A DNA stretch of 64,000 nucleotides from Podarcis erhardii (GCA_964252035.1 OZ176206.1), one strand, 5' to 3'; positions 48,887 to 61,171 are shown, numbered from the stretch's first letter. The notes: generated from the sequence alone by a model not told the origin. A program made the numbers and translations.

Positions 48887-48957
48887 CTGTAATGATTACC
48901 AATGGAACAACAGAACTGCTGCACACGGAACATATCTGGTACCCTAGGATACGAGAG
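48887..48957 (+). CDS. SLC23A2: SVCT2 coding exon 6 (A-VMITNGTTELLHTEHIWYPRIRE)
   Basis: Acceptor tttgccttcctaAG; donor GAG|GTAACT; 71 nt, phase 1/0. Confidence 0.95.
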
Positions 48958-50182
48958 GTAACTTGCACCATGTAATCAGTGCCGTGTCCTCACTTCAGTA
49001 GGTTCTTTTCATCCAGATGCCCTGCTGCCTTGAACTGTTGAAATTGTTACCCTTTTTCGTTCTTCTCTTCGCATGTAACTTTTTCTACACATTCATTACA
49101 TGCAGGTTTTAATATTTTCTGTATGTTAATTGTGCCTGTGAAGCCCCCTCACCCTCCCCAAAACAACTTGAGGTGCACTATGGTCTTGATGGAGACATGC
49201 TCCCGTGTCAGGGGAGTTTGGCATTCTGCATCTTGTGATATGCTCAGCTGACCAGTGATAGCCAAAATAACCAATTAGCTTCTAACAAATTATTGGATTG
49301 TCTCTGCTCTGCAATGAGGATAATCCGCATTTATTGTATTTCTGTTTTGGAAAGCCAGGTACAATTGTAAGGAGTGCCCAGTTTCCCCAAAGCCATGTGT
49401 AGATTTGCTATTCGGTTTCTCCTCCTCCTCAAATGATCATTCGTTAGATGCAAATATCCATAAGATTCCAGGAGAGTTGTCTCACTACAGGGGGAAAAAA
49501 TAGAATAGACTCCAGTTCACACGTGTGTCATGGAACTTTTCTCCCATCCCATTGCTTTGGGCTGCCAGTTATTCCTCAATTTAAAAACATCCCCTCTCTC
49601 TTCCCCATCTTCAAACCGTAGTTCCATCCTGCCAAGAGGCCTGCAGCCAAGGGGGGGCTGGCAGTCTCCTGAGACCACAGCGCTGCTCTATGCCAGCTTC
49701 TAAAGAGCACGTGTGACCAAATGCATCATACACTCTGCCCCTAGGAGCTAAGAGCATCACCTCCGTGGCGCCACCAGCCCTTGCCGGTTCGATCTGAGAG
49801 CTTTAAAGGTTAGCTTGGAACCCAGGTCTTCCTGTATGACAGTGTGATGTGCTATGGACACAACGGCCAGGCTGGTCTAATGACCCCCGTTGTGCATTGA
49901 AAGCAAGCAGTGTGCTTAAGCGGTAAGAGGAAGTGGATGAAGTTGGGAGCTTTGCTATTGATCCAACTTCTGTTGGTACCACAGAACATACCTCTGACCT
50001 TCAGATATTCTTTAGCCCAGAAAACGTCTGCTTAAGCACCTAGCTGAATAACACATGCCATTGCCCAGTTCTGCCTAGTCACTGAATTATTTGACTTGCA
50101 GTTCATCCACCCATTGAAAAACCCTCAGAAGCATAGAATTTCTTTAAAAATCTAAATTACTATTATTTTTCTCTGTGTTCAG

Positions 50183-50364
50183 ATCCAAGGTGCTATTATT
50201 ATGTCATCTTTGATAGAAGTGGTGATTGGGTTCCTGGGCCTGCCAGGAGCGCTCCTGAGATACATTGGACCTCTGACGATTACACCAACTGTGGCTCTCA
50301 TTGGGCTTTCTGGCTTCCAGGCCGCTGGAGAAAGAGCAGGCAAACACTGGGGCATAGCCATGCT
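50183..50364 (+). CDS. SLC23A2: SVCT2 coding exon 7 ([61 protein letters not shown])
   Basis: Acceptor ctctgtgttcAG; donor GCT|GTGAGT; 182 nt, phase 0/2. Confidence 0.97.
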
Positions 50365-50559
50365 GTGAGTATCCTTTGTCCCTCAACAGTTGATGAAGTG
50401 CTGTCAGTATAAAACAGCCAATGTCTGTCACTATTGATCATTGCCTCTCCTAGGGGGTACTAAGGGCCATTATCTTCAAATGAAGATGAATCTATGAAAT
50501 GAGAATCCTTCTAAGTAATAATAATAATAATAATAAATAAATAAATAAATAAATAAATA

Positions 50560-50805
50560 AATTTTATTTATATCCCGCCCTCCCCAGCCGAAGCCGGGCT
50601 CAGGGCGGCTAACAACAATAAAACAGTACAACAGTACAACACAACACTCTAAAATCATTCATTATGAAATTGATTCAAATCAAGCCACTGGCAACCATTG
50701 GGCCAGAGCTCCGCGAAGATTGCCGCGGGAGGGAGTCAGGCTGTGCCCTGGCCAAAGGCCTGGTGGAACAGCTCTGTCTTGCAGGCCCTGCGGAAAGATG
50801 TCATA
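50560..50805 (-). mobile_element. L2-clade LINE, 3' end, same family
   Basis: Reverse complement of gacatctttccgcagggcctgcaagacagagctgttcc...ttagccgccctgagcccggc. Confidence 0.85.
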
Positions 50806-50949
50806 TTCTAAAGATGTTATATTCTAAAGTATTTCTTAAGCAATGGTGTGCTGGCTTTCCAGATGCCTAAAACAGCTAACAATGTAGTAGTGTCAGACTG
50901 GGAACTGGGAGACTAGGGCTTGAATCCCCACTCAGCCATGAAGCTTGGC

Positions 50950-51175
50950 CAGGGTGGGCACAACTACCAAGAAGGCCCTCTGCCTCATTTTCTGTAACAT
51001 CACTTCTCGCAATGAGGTAACTGCCAGAAGGCCCTCGGAGCTAGATCTCAGTGAATGATGGGGGTGGAGACACTCCTTCAGGTATACAGGGCCAAAGCCT
51101 TTTAGGGGTTTAAAGATCAGCACCAACACTGAATTGTGCTCAGAAACGTACTGGGGTCCAATTTAGATCCTTTAA
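50950..51175 (-). mobile_element. L2-clade ORF2 fragment
   Basis: Minus strand LKDLNWTPVRF*AQF...LVLIFKPLKGFGPVYLKECL...QRAFLVV. Confidence 0.8.
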
Positions 51176-51980
51176 GACCGGATTTACATTGGATCCCAGT
51201 ACATTTCCAATTCAGCAGCATCCCACTACTATTACAGAAAAAATGATCATGAGGCCTGGTGTTAACACTTTGCTCACAGAACTGTGGCATATTCATATGT
51301 TCAGAAGCAGAACATCATTCTTAACTCCTCTTGCAATCTTCATGCATATTCTACCCCTCCTGTAAGTTCTAGGTTCAGTGGCCATGTCTAAAATGCTACC
51401 AATAAATTCCAAGAAATCAGAGTAAATGTGACTATTAGGAAAACTGTCTTCATTCCAAGTTGATCACTCAAATATTACCAGAATTGTTGATAATGTTTTT
51501 GTGTATGTGTGTTATCACCTGACCACAAGGCAGTCTCCAGGCAACTTACAATCAAGTTTAAAAATTCAGTGTTTGTTTTTAGCCATCAAATTGGGACATC
51601 AATCACCAGGGACCGCAGGGAAGATTATCAGCAACCCAAAGCAGCCCTACCTTTAAAGCCTTGGCTCAAGGGCCAGGCTCAAGTGAAATGGATTATTGAC
51701 TCTTGGGGCACAGACAGACCTCTTAAATCAGTGTTGTTTTAGGAAGCAAGGCAGCCCTGAATTCACCCTGTCTCTGCAGTCTGACTCTGACCCACTTAAT
51801 AGCAGGTGTGGATTGGAATGATGAATGCATGAGGAGGTACAGCCTGGTTGCTCTGGCAACAGTGATCCCAGCCCCCGCCTCTCAGCGTGAGGACAGTATG
51901 AGGGTATTGTTTGGCATAATCATCAGTGGCAAAACGGACCTGCAGTTTCAGTACATTTACTTACATGATTCTGATGGCTA

Positions 51981-52334
51981 GGTAAAGGTAAAGGTACCCC
52001 TGACCGTTAGGCCCAGTCGCGGATGACTCTGGGGTTGCGACGCTCATCTCGCTTTATTGGCCACATGAGCCGGCGTACAGCTTCCGGCTCATGTGGCCAG
52101 CATGACTAAGCCGCTTCTGGCGAACCAGAGCAGCGCACGGAAACGCCGTATACCTTCCCGCCGGAGTGGTGCCTATTTATCTACTTTAACTTTGATGTGC
52201 TTTCGAACTGCTAGGTGGGCAGGAGTAGGGACCGAGCAACGGGAGCTCACCCCATCATGGGGATTCGAACCACCGACCTTCTGATCGGCAAGCCCTAGGC
52301 TCTGTGGTTTAGACCACAGCACCACCCGCGTCCT
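51981..52334 (-). mobile_element. Sauria SINE, full length
   Basis: ggtaaaggtaaaggtacccc tail; B-box gggattcgaacc; short TSD tggctagg. Confidence 0.92.
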
Positions 52335-53866
52335 TGGCTAGGACCACGTAATAAAGAAGTCATTTCAAGTTGTGTGGGTTTTTTAATTCACAGAATCAGC
52401 AGCAGATTGAGGGAATAGTTAGTTGTGAACAGGTGTAAAAAAGTGTATGAAAGAGTAGAAGCTGGTCTTAGGATGTTGGTGAACCCTCTTCACACAAGCG
52501 CACCCCCCAAAAAAAAAAACACCACCACCCCAGCAACTTTGTATAAATAATTTGACAGCACTAGATCAAATGCTGTTCCATAAAGAAGTCATATTTTAAA
52601 ACTACCATTAAGGCTTTCACGTTTAAAAAAACAACAGCACAAGAAAGCTTTCTTTTTTTTACTCATTCATTCTTAGCAGAAGGTCATGGTATCAAATGAT
52701 GCCACTGCAGAGTTCAGATCTTTGTGCCTGAAGGAGAAGAACAAAGGTCTTTGTCTGCTTCCTTTTGAGTTAAAGGTGATTTCGGCCTCACTCTTTTATA
52801 TACTGGGATGTAACCTGCCCTCCTAGAATTTCAGGGAAGTTTGTTCAGGAATTTGTAGCTGTGTTCTCAGTGGATTAGCATTTCTCGAAGCTGTGTTTGG
52901 CACTTAACATAAAGACAGCCTTCTTCCAGCATAGGAAGTCTGAACATGTATAATGGCACACACATTTTGTTGATAGGGGCATTCTGAGGATTTGGTTATG
53001 TAATTGGAAGCCCGCTTATTTCAGAGGCTAACAATTTAGACCTTAAGTTTGCTTACTTTGGCCATTGTTTCACATCCTGTGGCAACCAAGTGATGAAGCA
53101 TGGCCCCTGAGCAGTACATTTATTTAATTGATTTATTGAGCCTTTCTTGAGCTCAAGGCAGCTTACAGGCAGTGTTAATGCAGCTTAAAACACATTATAG
53201 AAACAAGCACAAAGATGAGATATCAGTCTAGCCCCCCCTATTAAGCAATATAATATAAAAATAAGGGGAAATTCCAGGTCCCCATACAGTGAAGATCTTG
53301 ACCCTGAGCTTAAAAAGAGAACCTGGCTGCCTAACCTTAAAAGTAAAAAAAAAAAAAAAAATCATCTCCCAACTACCCTACTGACACTTTGCAGACCCGT
53401 AATGTTGAGACCGAAGATGAGATTTCTTTCTTAGCACTGGGCAGGGTTGTTGTTGTTGTTGGTTTTGGTTTTGCTTCACTTCCAGAATGTGGATTTCGGC
53501 AAGACTTCAAAACATGCTAAAGCCTAAGCCGGCCTCCCACGGTAGTAAGTTTGCTTCTCTCCCAGACAAAACTTCATCTGTTCTAGGGGGCATAAGTTTT
53601 GCAGGCGGAAAGGCAAATTCACTGTGGGATTTCATTTCTTAAATCTTGTGAGCGGAACAAATTAAATTAAGCTTATGCTTATAAAGTTCATTAAAAAAGA
53701 AAGAAAGGAATGGCAACATTAAGTAACTTTTTCATTTTAAAAGGCTACTTCCTTACTTTCTCTGACTAAAAATAAAACTTTTGCCATGATACAATTCTAT
53801 TTCTGCAGTAGTTACTGTACTTTAAATATGCAGTTTTACTGTTGCTTTAAATATATAACAATAAAA

Positions 53867-54933
53867 CTGAGAGGTGATATGATAGTCATCTTCAAAAATC
53901 TAAAGTGGCATCCCACGGATGGTGGACCAAGATAGTTTTCTCCTTTCTCCTCTTTATTGTATTAAAAAAACTCTCAATAAATAAATAAATAAATAAAAAG
54001 ATAGTTTTCTCCTGCTCCAGAGACTAGGACCCAAGCCAATGGATTCAAGTGGCAAGGAAGGCGATTCTGACTAAGCACGAGGAAGAAATTTATGACAGTA
54101 AGAGCTGTCCAACAGTGGAACAGACTCTCTCAGAAGGTGGTGGACTCCTTGAAGGATTTTAAGCAATGGTTGGGTGGCCACTTGTCAGGGATTCTTTAGT
54201 TCTCTACGTGGGGCTGCCCTTGAGACTGACCCAGAAACTCCAGCAGGTGCAGAATGCAGCGGCGAGACTCCTTACGGGGTCCTTGCCGCAGGATCACATT
54301 CACCCGGTGCTATACCAGCTGCACTGGCTCCCAGGTTTAAGGGTCAGGTTTAAGGGGCTGGTTTTGACCTTTAAAGCCCTACGCGGCCTAGGACCCTCGT
54401 ACCTATGGTACCGCCTCTCCTGGTATGCCCCACGGAGGACCTTACGGTCTTCAAACAAAAACATCTTGGAGATCCCGGGCTGCAGGGAAATTAGACTGGC
54501 CTTGACTAGAGCCAGGGCCTTTTCGGCCATGGCCCTGGCCTACTGAAATGCTCTCCCACAAGAGACCAGGGCCCTGCGGGATTTGACATCTTTCCGCAGG
54601 GCCTACAAGACGGAGCTGTTCCGCTAGGTCTTTGGGCAGGATGCAGTTTGTCTTACTTTCCTTTGTATAAAACAAGCCTGAAGGAGGCCCCCAACCCGCT
54701 CACAGGTCCTTGTATGATCAGTGGAAACAGTTGGTCCTGGCAAGTATTAACCACTCTCAATTCCACCCTGATAATTGTCACCTGCCCGGATTTTAACTTG
54801 CTTGAATTAATTTTAAGATGTATTTTAATTTATTGATGTCCGTTTTTATGCTTATTGTGTTGTTTTTATGATGTTAGCCGCTCTGAGCCCGGTCTCAGCC
54901 GGGGAGGCAGGATACAAATAAATAATAATAATA

Positions 54934-54972
<39 letters not shown>

Positions 54973-55035
54973 TCCAATTCCTTCATTGCAGGGGGTTGGA
55001 CTAGATGATCCTTTCATCCCTTCCATCTCTGTTAC
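53867..55035 (+). mobile_element. CR1 3' fragment interrupted by a 53-bp tailed insert (53945-53997) and an L2 (about 54203-54935)
   Basis: CR1 motifs ctgagaggtgatatgatag, gacagtaagagctgtccaacagtggaac and cattgcagggggttggactagatga are collinear once the inserts are removed. Confidence 0.75.
54203..54935 (+). mobile_element. L2-clade LINE, ORF2 C-terminus plus 3'UTR
   Basis: LYVGLPLRLTQKLQQVQNAAARLLTG...DHIHPVLYQLHWLP...FKALRGLGPSYL; (AAT)n tail. Confidence 0.9.
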
Positions 55036-55147
55036 TGTAAGCACAGCAGTAACTGCTAGAAACTGCAGTTGCTTCTGTTGGCTAACTATTATCTCAGTGA
55101 AGAGTTAATTGATTCATTAACTTTTCTCCTTCCTCTCCCTTCTCTAG

Positions 55148-55268
55148 GACTATTTTCCTAGTGCTATTGTTTTCTCAGTATGCCCGAAATGTCAAGTTCC
55201 CATTACCCATCTATAAATCAAAAAAAGGATGGACTGCATACCGGTTACAGCTTTTTAAGATGTTTCCT
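55148..55268 (+). CDS. SLC23A2: SVCT2 coding exon 8 ([41 protein letters not shown])
   Basis: Acceptor cccttctctAG; donor CCT|GTAAGT; 121 nt, phase 2/0. Confidence 0.97.
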
Positions 55269-55699
55269 GTAAGTTCTCTCTTCAGCTTTCACTGTGTTTT
55301 ATTGTTCTGTCTACTGGTGTTTATTTTAGTTAATTTTATTTATTTTACAAAATTTGTATACTCCTTAACTGTGCATAAAATCTCCAAGCAGTTTACAAAG
55401 AATATCAAGTTTGCATTTAAAATGTGAATAAAAGTCAACAGTAAAATCTAGTTTTTAAAAGGCAAAAAGAAGAAAACCAACAGATAAAAATATTCACTGT
55501 AAACGAAATTTACAGTTTAAAGTACACACCAACTTTATATGTCTCAGTAGACTTGCATAAACAGGGCAAGAATAAAAAGGAAGTTCCAGAGTGTCGGAAC
55601 TGTGACACTAAAAGATGAGAACATTATGTGGCCCTTGTAAGAGTGGCTGAGTGGGTACATATGTGGCAAAGTGATCCTTCAAGTAAACTGGTCCCAATA

Positions 55700-56200
55700 T
55701 GATAATGGCTTTATATTCTAATAGTAACATCTTGAACTTGGGCTACTAACCAGTTGGCAGCCAGTGTAGAACTCTGAGCACGGGTGTTAGATGCTGACAG
55801 AATCCTACTCCTGTAAGCATTAAATGCAGCAGTGTGGTTGCTAACTGCAGTTTCTGGACGAAACTCAAGAAAAACCCCATATAGAGCGCATTGCAGTAAC
55901 CCAACCTTCAGTGTCACCAACGTCGCAGCTGTTGTGATTCAGCTAACCAGGTCCAGGGATTGCTGCAGCTTCTCATGCGAGTTGGAGCTAGTAAAAGGGA
56001 CTTCAAGCAACTGATGTTACCTCTGCTTCCAGCGACAAAGCTGGATCCAGAAGCACCCCCCAGACCACATATCTGCTTCTTTAGGGCAAGGGCAACCCCA
56101 CCCAGGGCAGGCAACTGGCTGATTTCTCAGAAATGGGAAACCATCACCCACAGTGTTTGCTGGGTTTCAAGCTCAGTTTAGTTCCTCTCATCTATCCCAT
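55700..56200 (-). mobile_element. Old L2-clade RT fragment
   Basis: Minus-strand remnants GGVALALKKQICGLG and VTLKVGLLQCALYG resemble L2 motifs GVALPLKEQVRSLG and VTSRLDYCNALY. Confidence 0.65.
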
Positions 56201-56341
56201 CACTGCAGCCAGGAACTGGTTCAGCGCCCACAGGGCCTCTCCTGATTCAGGTCTTATGGAGAAAAAGAGCTGAATTTAATTGGCATGTTGATGGCACCTT
56301 GCCCCAAATCTCCTCATGACCATTCCCAGCATCTTCAAGTA

Positions 56342-56693
56342 CAGTGGTGCCTCGCAAGACGAAAAGAATCCGTTCCGCGATTCTCTTCGTCTAGCGGTTT
56401 TTTCGTCTTGCAAAGCAAGCCCATTGACAGCTTAGCGGATTAGCGCTATTAGCGGTCTAGCGGCTTTTAGCGATCAGCTGTTAAGCGGCTTATCAGCGGA
56501 ACAGCTGATAAGCGGCTTAGCGGCTTAGGAAAGGGGGGGAGCGAAAAAAACCTGCAGGAACTCGCAAGATTTTTTCGTCTTGCGAAGCAACCCCATAGAG
56601 AAATTCGTTTAGCCAAGCGCCTCCAAAACAGAAGACCCTTTCGTCTAGCGGGTTTTCCGTCTTGCGAGGCGTTCGTCTTGCGGGGCACCACTG
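56342..56693 (+). mobile_element. Tc1/mariner MITE, young family, copy 2
   Basis: TA-flanked, same TIRs as 42313-42640; longest internal gcttagcgg-type array. Confidence 0.93.
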
Positions 56694-56769
56694 TAGTTAT
56701 TCAAAAGACCATAAATTATTTAATTAGCGAAAAATCTGGGAGAAGAGGAATGTTTTTGCCTAATGCCTG

Positions 56770-57240
56770 CAGATTTGTAATGAAGGCACCAGATGAGCCT
56801 TCCTGGGGAGAGCATTCCACAAATGGGGAGCCACCACAGAAAAGGCCCATTCTCATGTTGCCACCCTCTAGACTTTGCACAGAGGAGGCACACAAAGAAG
56901 GGCCTCAGCTGATGATCACAGGGCCTGGTTTAGTTCATATGAAGAGAAGTGGTCCTTGGTACTGCGGTCCTGAGCTGTTTATAGGTCAACATCAGCACTT
57001 TGCATTGGGCCTGGAAACTAATTGGCTGCCAGGGGAGTTAGGCCAGATTGACTTTATGTTCTGAAACCATCTTGCCCCAGTGAGCAACCTGGACACTGAA
57101 TTCTGAACCATCTTCAGAGACAGCCCCGTGTATAATGTGTTCCAGTCATCTAACCTTTCAGTTACCAGAGCCTAGACAACAGACGCTAGGCTATCCTTGT
57201 CCAGATGGGGGTGCAGGTGGGCCTCTAACCAAAGCTGATG
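56770..57240 (-). mobile_element. Old L2-clade fragment
   Basis: HLDKDSLASVV and gggccttttctgtggtggctcccc on minus; boundaries approximate. Confidence 0.65.
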
Positions 57241-57589
57241 GAAGGCACTCCAGACCACCCAAGCCACCTGAGCCTCACGTGAAGGGGATTCAGGACTGCA
57301 ATGAAGGATGTGGAAAAAGTGGTAGTGAAACCATTCACTCTCCAAGGCATGGAAATTCAGGCTCAGTCGGTGAAAATTATTGGCATTCACTTCACGTTAC
57401 CCACTTAAATGGTTTTTAAAAGAATTAAGCAGATTTAGCTATCGGGTCTGTTGATGGCAGTTTAGCTGAACGGAGCCTCCATGTCCATCAGCCGTGTATC
57501 TCTGATAATCAGATGCTGAGAATGAACAGGGGGTGGCCATCACCTTGATACCCTGCTTGTGAGTTTGGCCGCAGTTTCAGATAATGCTA

Positions 57590-57925
57590 CAGTGGTGCCT
57601 CGCAAGACGAAAAGAATCCATTCCACGAGTCTCTTCGTCTAGCGGTTTTTTCGTCTTGCGAAGCAAGCCCATTGACGGATTAGCGGATTAGCGCTATTAG
57701 CGGCTTTTAGCGGTTTATCGGCTTAGCGGATAAGCAGATAAGCAGCTTAGCGGCTTAGAAAAAGGGGGGGGGAGGAAAAAAACCCCGCAGGAACTCGCAA
57801 GACATTTTCGTCTTGCGAAGCAAGCCCATAGGAAATTTGTTTTGCGAAGCACCTCCAAAACGGAAAACCCTTTCGTCTAGCGGGTTTTCCGTCTTGCGAG
57901 GCATTCGTCTTGCGGGGCACCACTG
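57590..57925 (+). mobile_element. Tc1/mariner MITE, young family, copy 3
   Basis: TA-flanked, same TIRs and body. Confidence 0.93.
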
Positions 57926-58340
57926 TAAATCCAGTTCCTAAAGAGCTCTACAGAGTGTGCTACAACACTCCCACCCCACCCCAAATCAATTTATTTATTC
58001 TTCAGCTAGCCCTCTGGGATCCACTCATTTTATTTTTGTAAATTGTTGTGAGTTTATCAGTGTGCACAATGCTCAGTTTTGTCTTAAAAGGATTAATGGC
58101 GCTCCTTTAAGTGCTTATTTGGAGATATTCCCAGTTTGGGGAAATTGTATGAAAGGATCCATTTTGAACTAGAAGGGTCTTTTAAAAATTGTAAAGGGAA
58201 TGTGTTCACAAAATCCTTGACGCAACAACTCCCCACTACCAGTTTGAATATTATTATGCAGAGTTGGTAAGGAGATCCTCTGTGGGCAATTATTGTTTCC
58301 TTGCTGGTGTGCTTTAAGCCCCTTTCTGTTCCCACTGCAG

Positions 58341-58497
58341 ATCATTCTAGCCATTCTGGTATCCTGGTTGCTGTGCTTCATCTTCACTGTGACAGATGTG
58401 TTTCCACCTGATAGTACAAAATACGGATTCTATGCACGCACTGATGCCAGGCAAGGAGTGCTTTTGGTAGCTCCATGGTTCAAGGTTCCTTATCCAT
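58341..58497 (+). CDS. SLC23A2: SVCT2 coding exon 9 ([52 protein letters not shown])
   Basis: Acceptor ttcccactgcAG; donor CAT|GTAAGT; 157 nt, phase 0/1. Confidence 0.97.
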
Positions 58498-59187
58498 GTA
58501 AGTGTATTTAGCAAGCACTTAAGGGAGAGTTTCCCACAAAGCTTTGCTCTTTGATACAATTACTCCAGACTTACATTAGTTTATTTTTTTTCTGCACCTT
58601 GCATGAGTACAGAAGAAGTTACCTGGTCACTGGCATGTGCTTGCAGAAATGAGAGTTTGTGATTCGGCTCCCAAGTTGCTGCCAGGTCTGTGGTTCAGCT
58701 GCCCAAGATCTCCAGTGAAAAGGGAGCAAGGCTGTGAAAGATCTCTGTCTTGGAGATCTGCTGCCAGTGGGACTAGAGACGATACTGACATATCTGGGCT
58801 GGTGGTCTAAGGCAGTTTCATGCCTCTTGGTTTAACTGTGGTTTGAATTGAGCTGATGGTTCCCTTAGTGCTATGTCAGCAAAATAACCCCCTTTCTCTT
58901 TGGCCACACCATGTTTGGTAGGTCAGTTCTGAAGGCAGATTCCGCTTTAGTGGGGGGGGGGGGGAATCTGTATAATCTAAGATGAGAGTGGGCAACCGTC
59001 AGATGCAGTTCTCAAGGCAATCTGGTCCAATAACCTCTGGTAAAGGTTGTCCATGCTTCCACTCATGAGGAAAATAGACAGGTTGCATTAGATAAATATT
59101 CCACATTATTTTTAATCTAATTTTTGGATTTTAAAAATGTGATGTGCAGGTAAACCTATCTGTATGTGATGCTAATAAAACTGCTAA

Positions 59188-59524
59188 GGTAAAGGTAAAG
59201 GTACCCCTGACAGTTAAGTCCAGTCGCGAATGACTCTGAGGTTGCGGCACTCATGTCGCTTTACTAGCTGAGGCAGCCGACTTTTGTCTCCAGACAGTTT
59301 TTCTGGGTCATGTGGCCAGCCTGACTAAGCCACCTCTGGCAAAACCAGAACAGTGCACGAAAATGTCGTTTACCTTCCCGCTGGAGGGTTACCTATTTAT
59401 CTACTTGCACTTTGAGGTGCTTTTGAACCGCTAGGTTGGCAGGAGCTTATGACTGAACAATGGGAGCTCACCCCGTCACGGGGATTCGAACCACCTACAT
59501 TCTGATCAGCAAACCCTAGGCTCA
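59188..59524 (-). mobile_element. Sauria SINE, slightly 5'-truncated
   Basis: (ggtaaa)3 tail; B-box gggattcgaacc; A-box region missing. Confidence 0.9.
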
Positions 59525-59886
59525 GTATTGCAAAAGCTAAGCAGGGTACGGTATGGTTTCAAATTGGGTGGCGGACTGTGTGTTGAGACTCCTGCATTTC
59601 AGGGAGTTGGACCACATGACCCATGGGGTTCCACCTAAATCTACAATTCTGATTCTATGTAAATGCATGTGGGAAGACCTCCTGAGTAGATGGTACCAAT
59701 TTATTATGCTGGCAGACTACATATGAAGTGTCAGTTTGTGTGGCATGACCACTGTTTTGAGAACACTATTGCCCACCCCTAAAACCCAGAAATTGGCCAT
59801 CCTATGAGCTGAGAGAACATTTTACACCTTAAAAGTAATTGCTTTAAATACAGTAAGAACAATTATGGGTTTTTTTGTCTTCACAG

Positions 59887-60034
59887 TTCAGTGGGGATTA
59901 CCTACAATATCAGCTGCAGGTGTGATAGGAATGCTCAGTGCTGTGGTTGCTAGCATCATTGAATCAATTGGCGATTATTATGCCTGTGCGAGGTTATCTT
60001 GTGCTCCTCCACCACCAATCCATGCAATAAACAG
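59887..60034 (+). CDS. SLC23A2: SVCT2 coding exon 10 ([50 protein letters not shown])
   Basis: Acceptor tttgtcttcacAG; donor CAG|GTGAGC; 148 nt, phase 1/2. Confidence 0.97.
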
Positions 60035-61171
60035 GTGAGCCTCCTGAAAAAGACCTTGCTTCCTTCTCACCCTTTGCTGTGTTTCCCTGGACTCAAAAGT
60101 CCTAACTTCTTTCAGATTTTGCAATATTATAGACTTTTGGGACCCAAAAATTCAGAACTGTAGCATATATGAGGATGAGTTTGCATGTGGATACTCATAA
60201 CTCGATATTGCAACATCAATTAGTGATGTCGATGATCAAACTACCTTAACTGATCAAATCCCACAGGCAGATTTCATATCACATTGCTTTACTTCTAACC
60301 TGTTTTCACTAGGGACAATTACACGTTCATCCGCAAGTCAGAAAGTGAATAATCAGGAAATGGTTCTATGGTTGTTTTTGCACTGAGCAGCCACAGAGAG
60401 AAAATTACTCCACTGCATCCTTCTCAATCATGTTCCAACCTGATTCTGGTACTGCATTGCCCTGCCAAACATCCAGTTTCGCTTGGCTTCAAAATATTTG
60501 AATTGGCAGGGTGGTCAGCTGACCAGTCAGTTGACTACCTCTTTCCCTCTCCCCATCGTGACTGTAAAGTTCAGGGTGTCTAAATAGTTTTAAAATCTAG
60601 AATCAACATGTTTATTGATATGATGCCTTTCCATTAAAAAAAATGCTCAAAGCACCGTACAATAGCAGTGGGAGCACAATGCATAACAAAGATCAACAAT
60701 CCTGATAACAATTCCATAACAAAAATAATATGCAACAATACGTAAGAGATACAACACCAGTGCAATGACAAATTCATACAGAACAATAATTATAATATAA
60801 TAATGCATACATAAAAAACAGACCATTCAGTAGATGCTATAATGAAAAAGAATCATACTGAGAAGCTAGATAGCAATTTGTGACCCCTATGCAGTAGTGA
60901 AAGACAATAGCAGAAGTTTCATATGTAAAGACAAAAGTTAGTGTGAGTTTCCTTAAAACATGCTAGGCAGCTGGAAAGGACACAAGGAATCCAGAAAGTG
61001 AGAGTTGACAAGAACTGCAGAAGGGGGCAGAGATGAGAAGGTCAGGAAGAGGATGTCTCTCATGGGCTTGAGTTTTCTTGGATCTTTCTACTGCAGGCCA
61101 GGAGACAGTGTGGCTTTTTCCTTTTGCTTGCATGAGGTTGGAGGGGAAATCACTTCGTTTTATTTGTAGTA

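Noticed and set aside
49560-49960. GC-richer unique stretch before exon 7 with E-box CACGTG and a CTCF-like GCCAAGGGGGGGC
   Set aside because: Motif matches are partial and common; cannot be supported without conservation or chromatin data.
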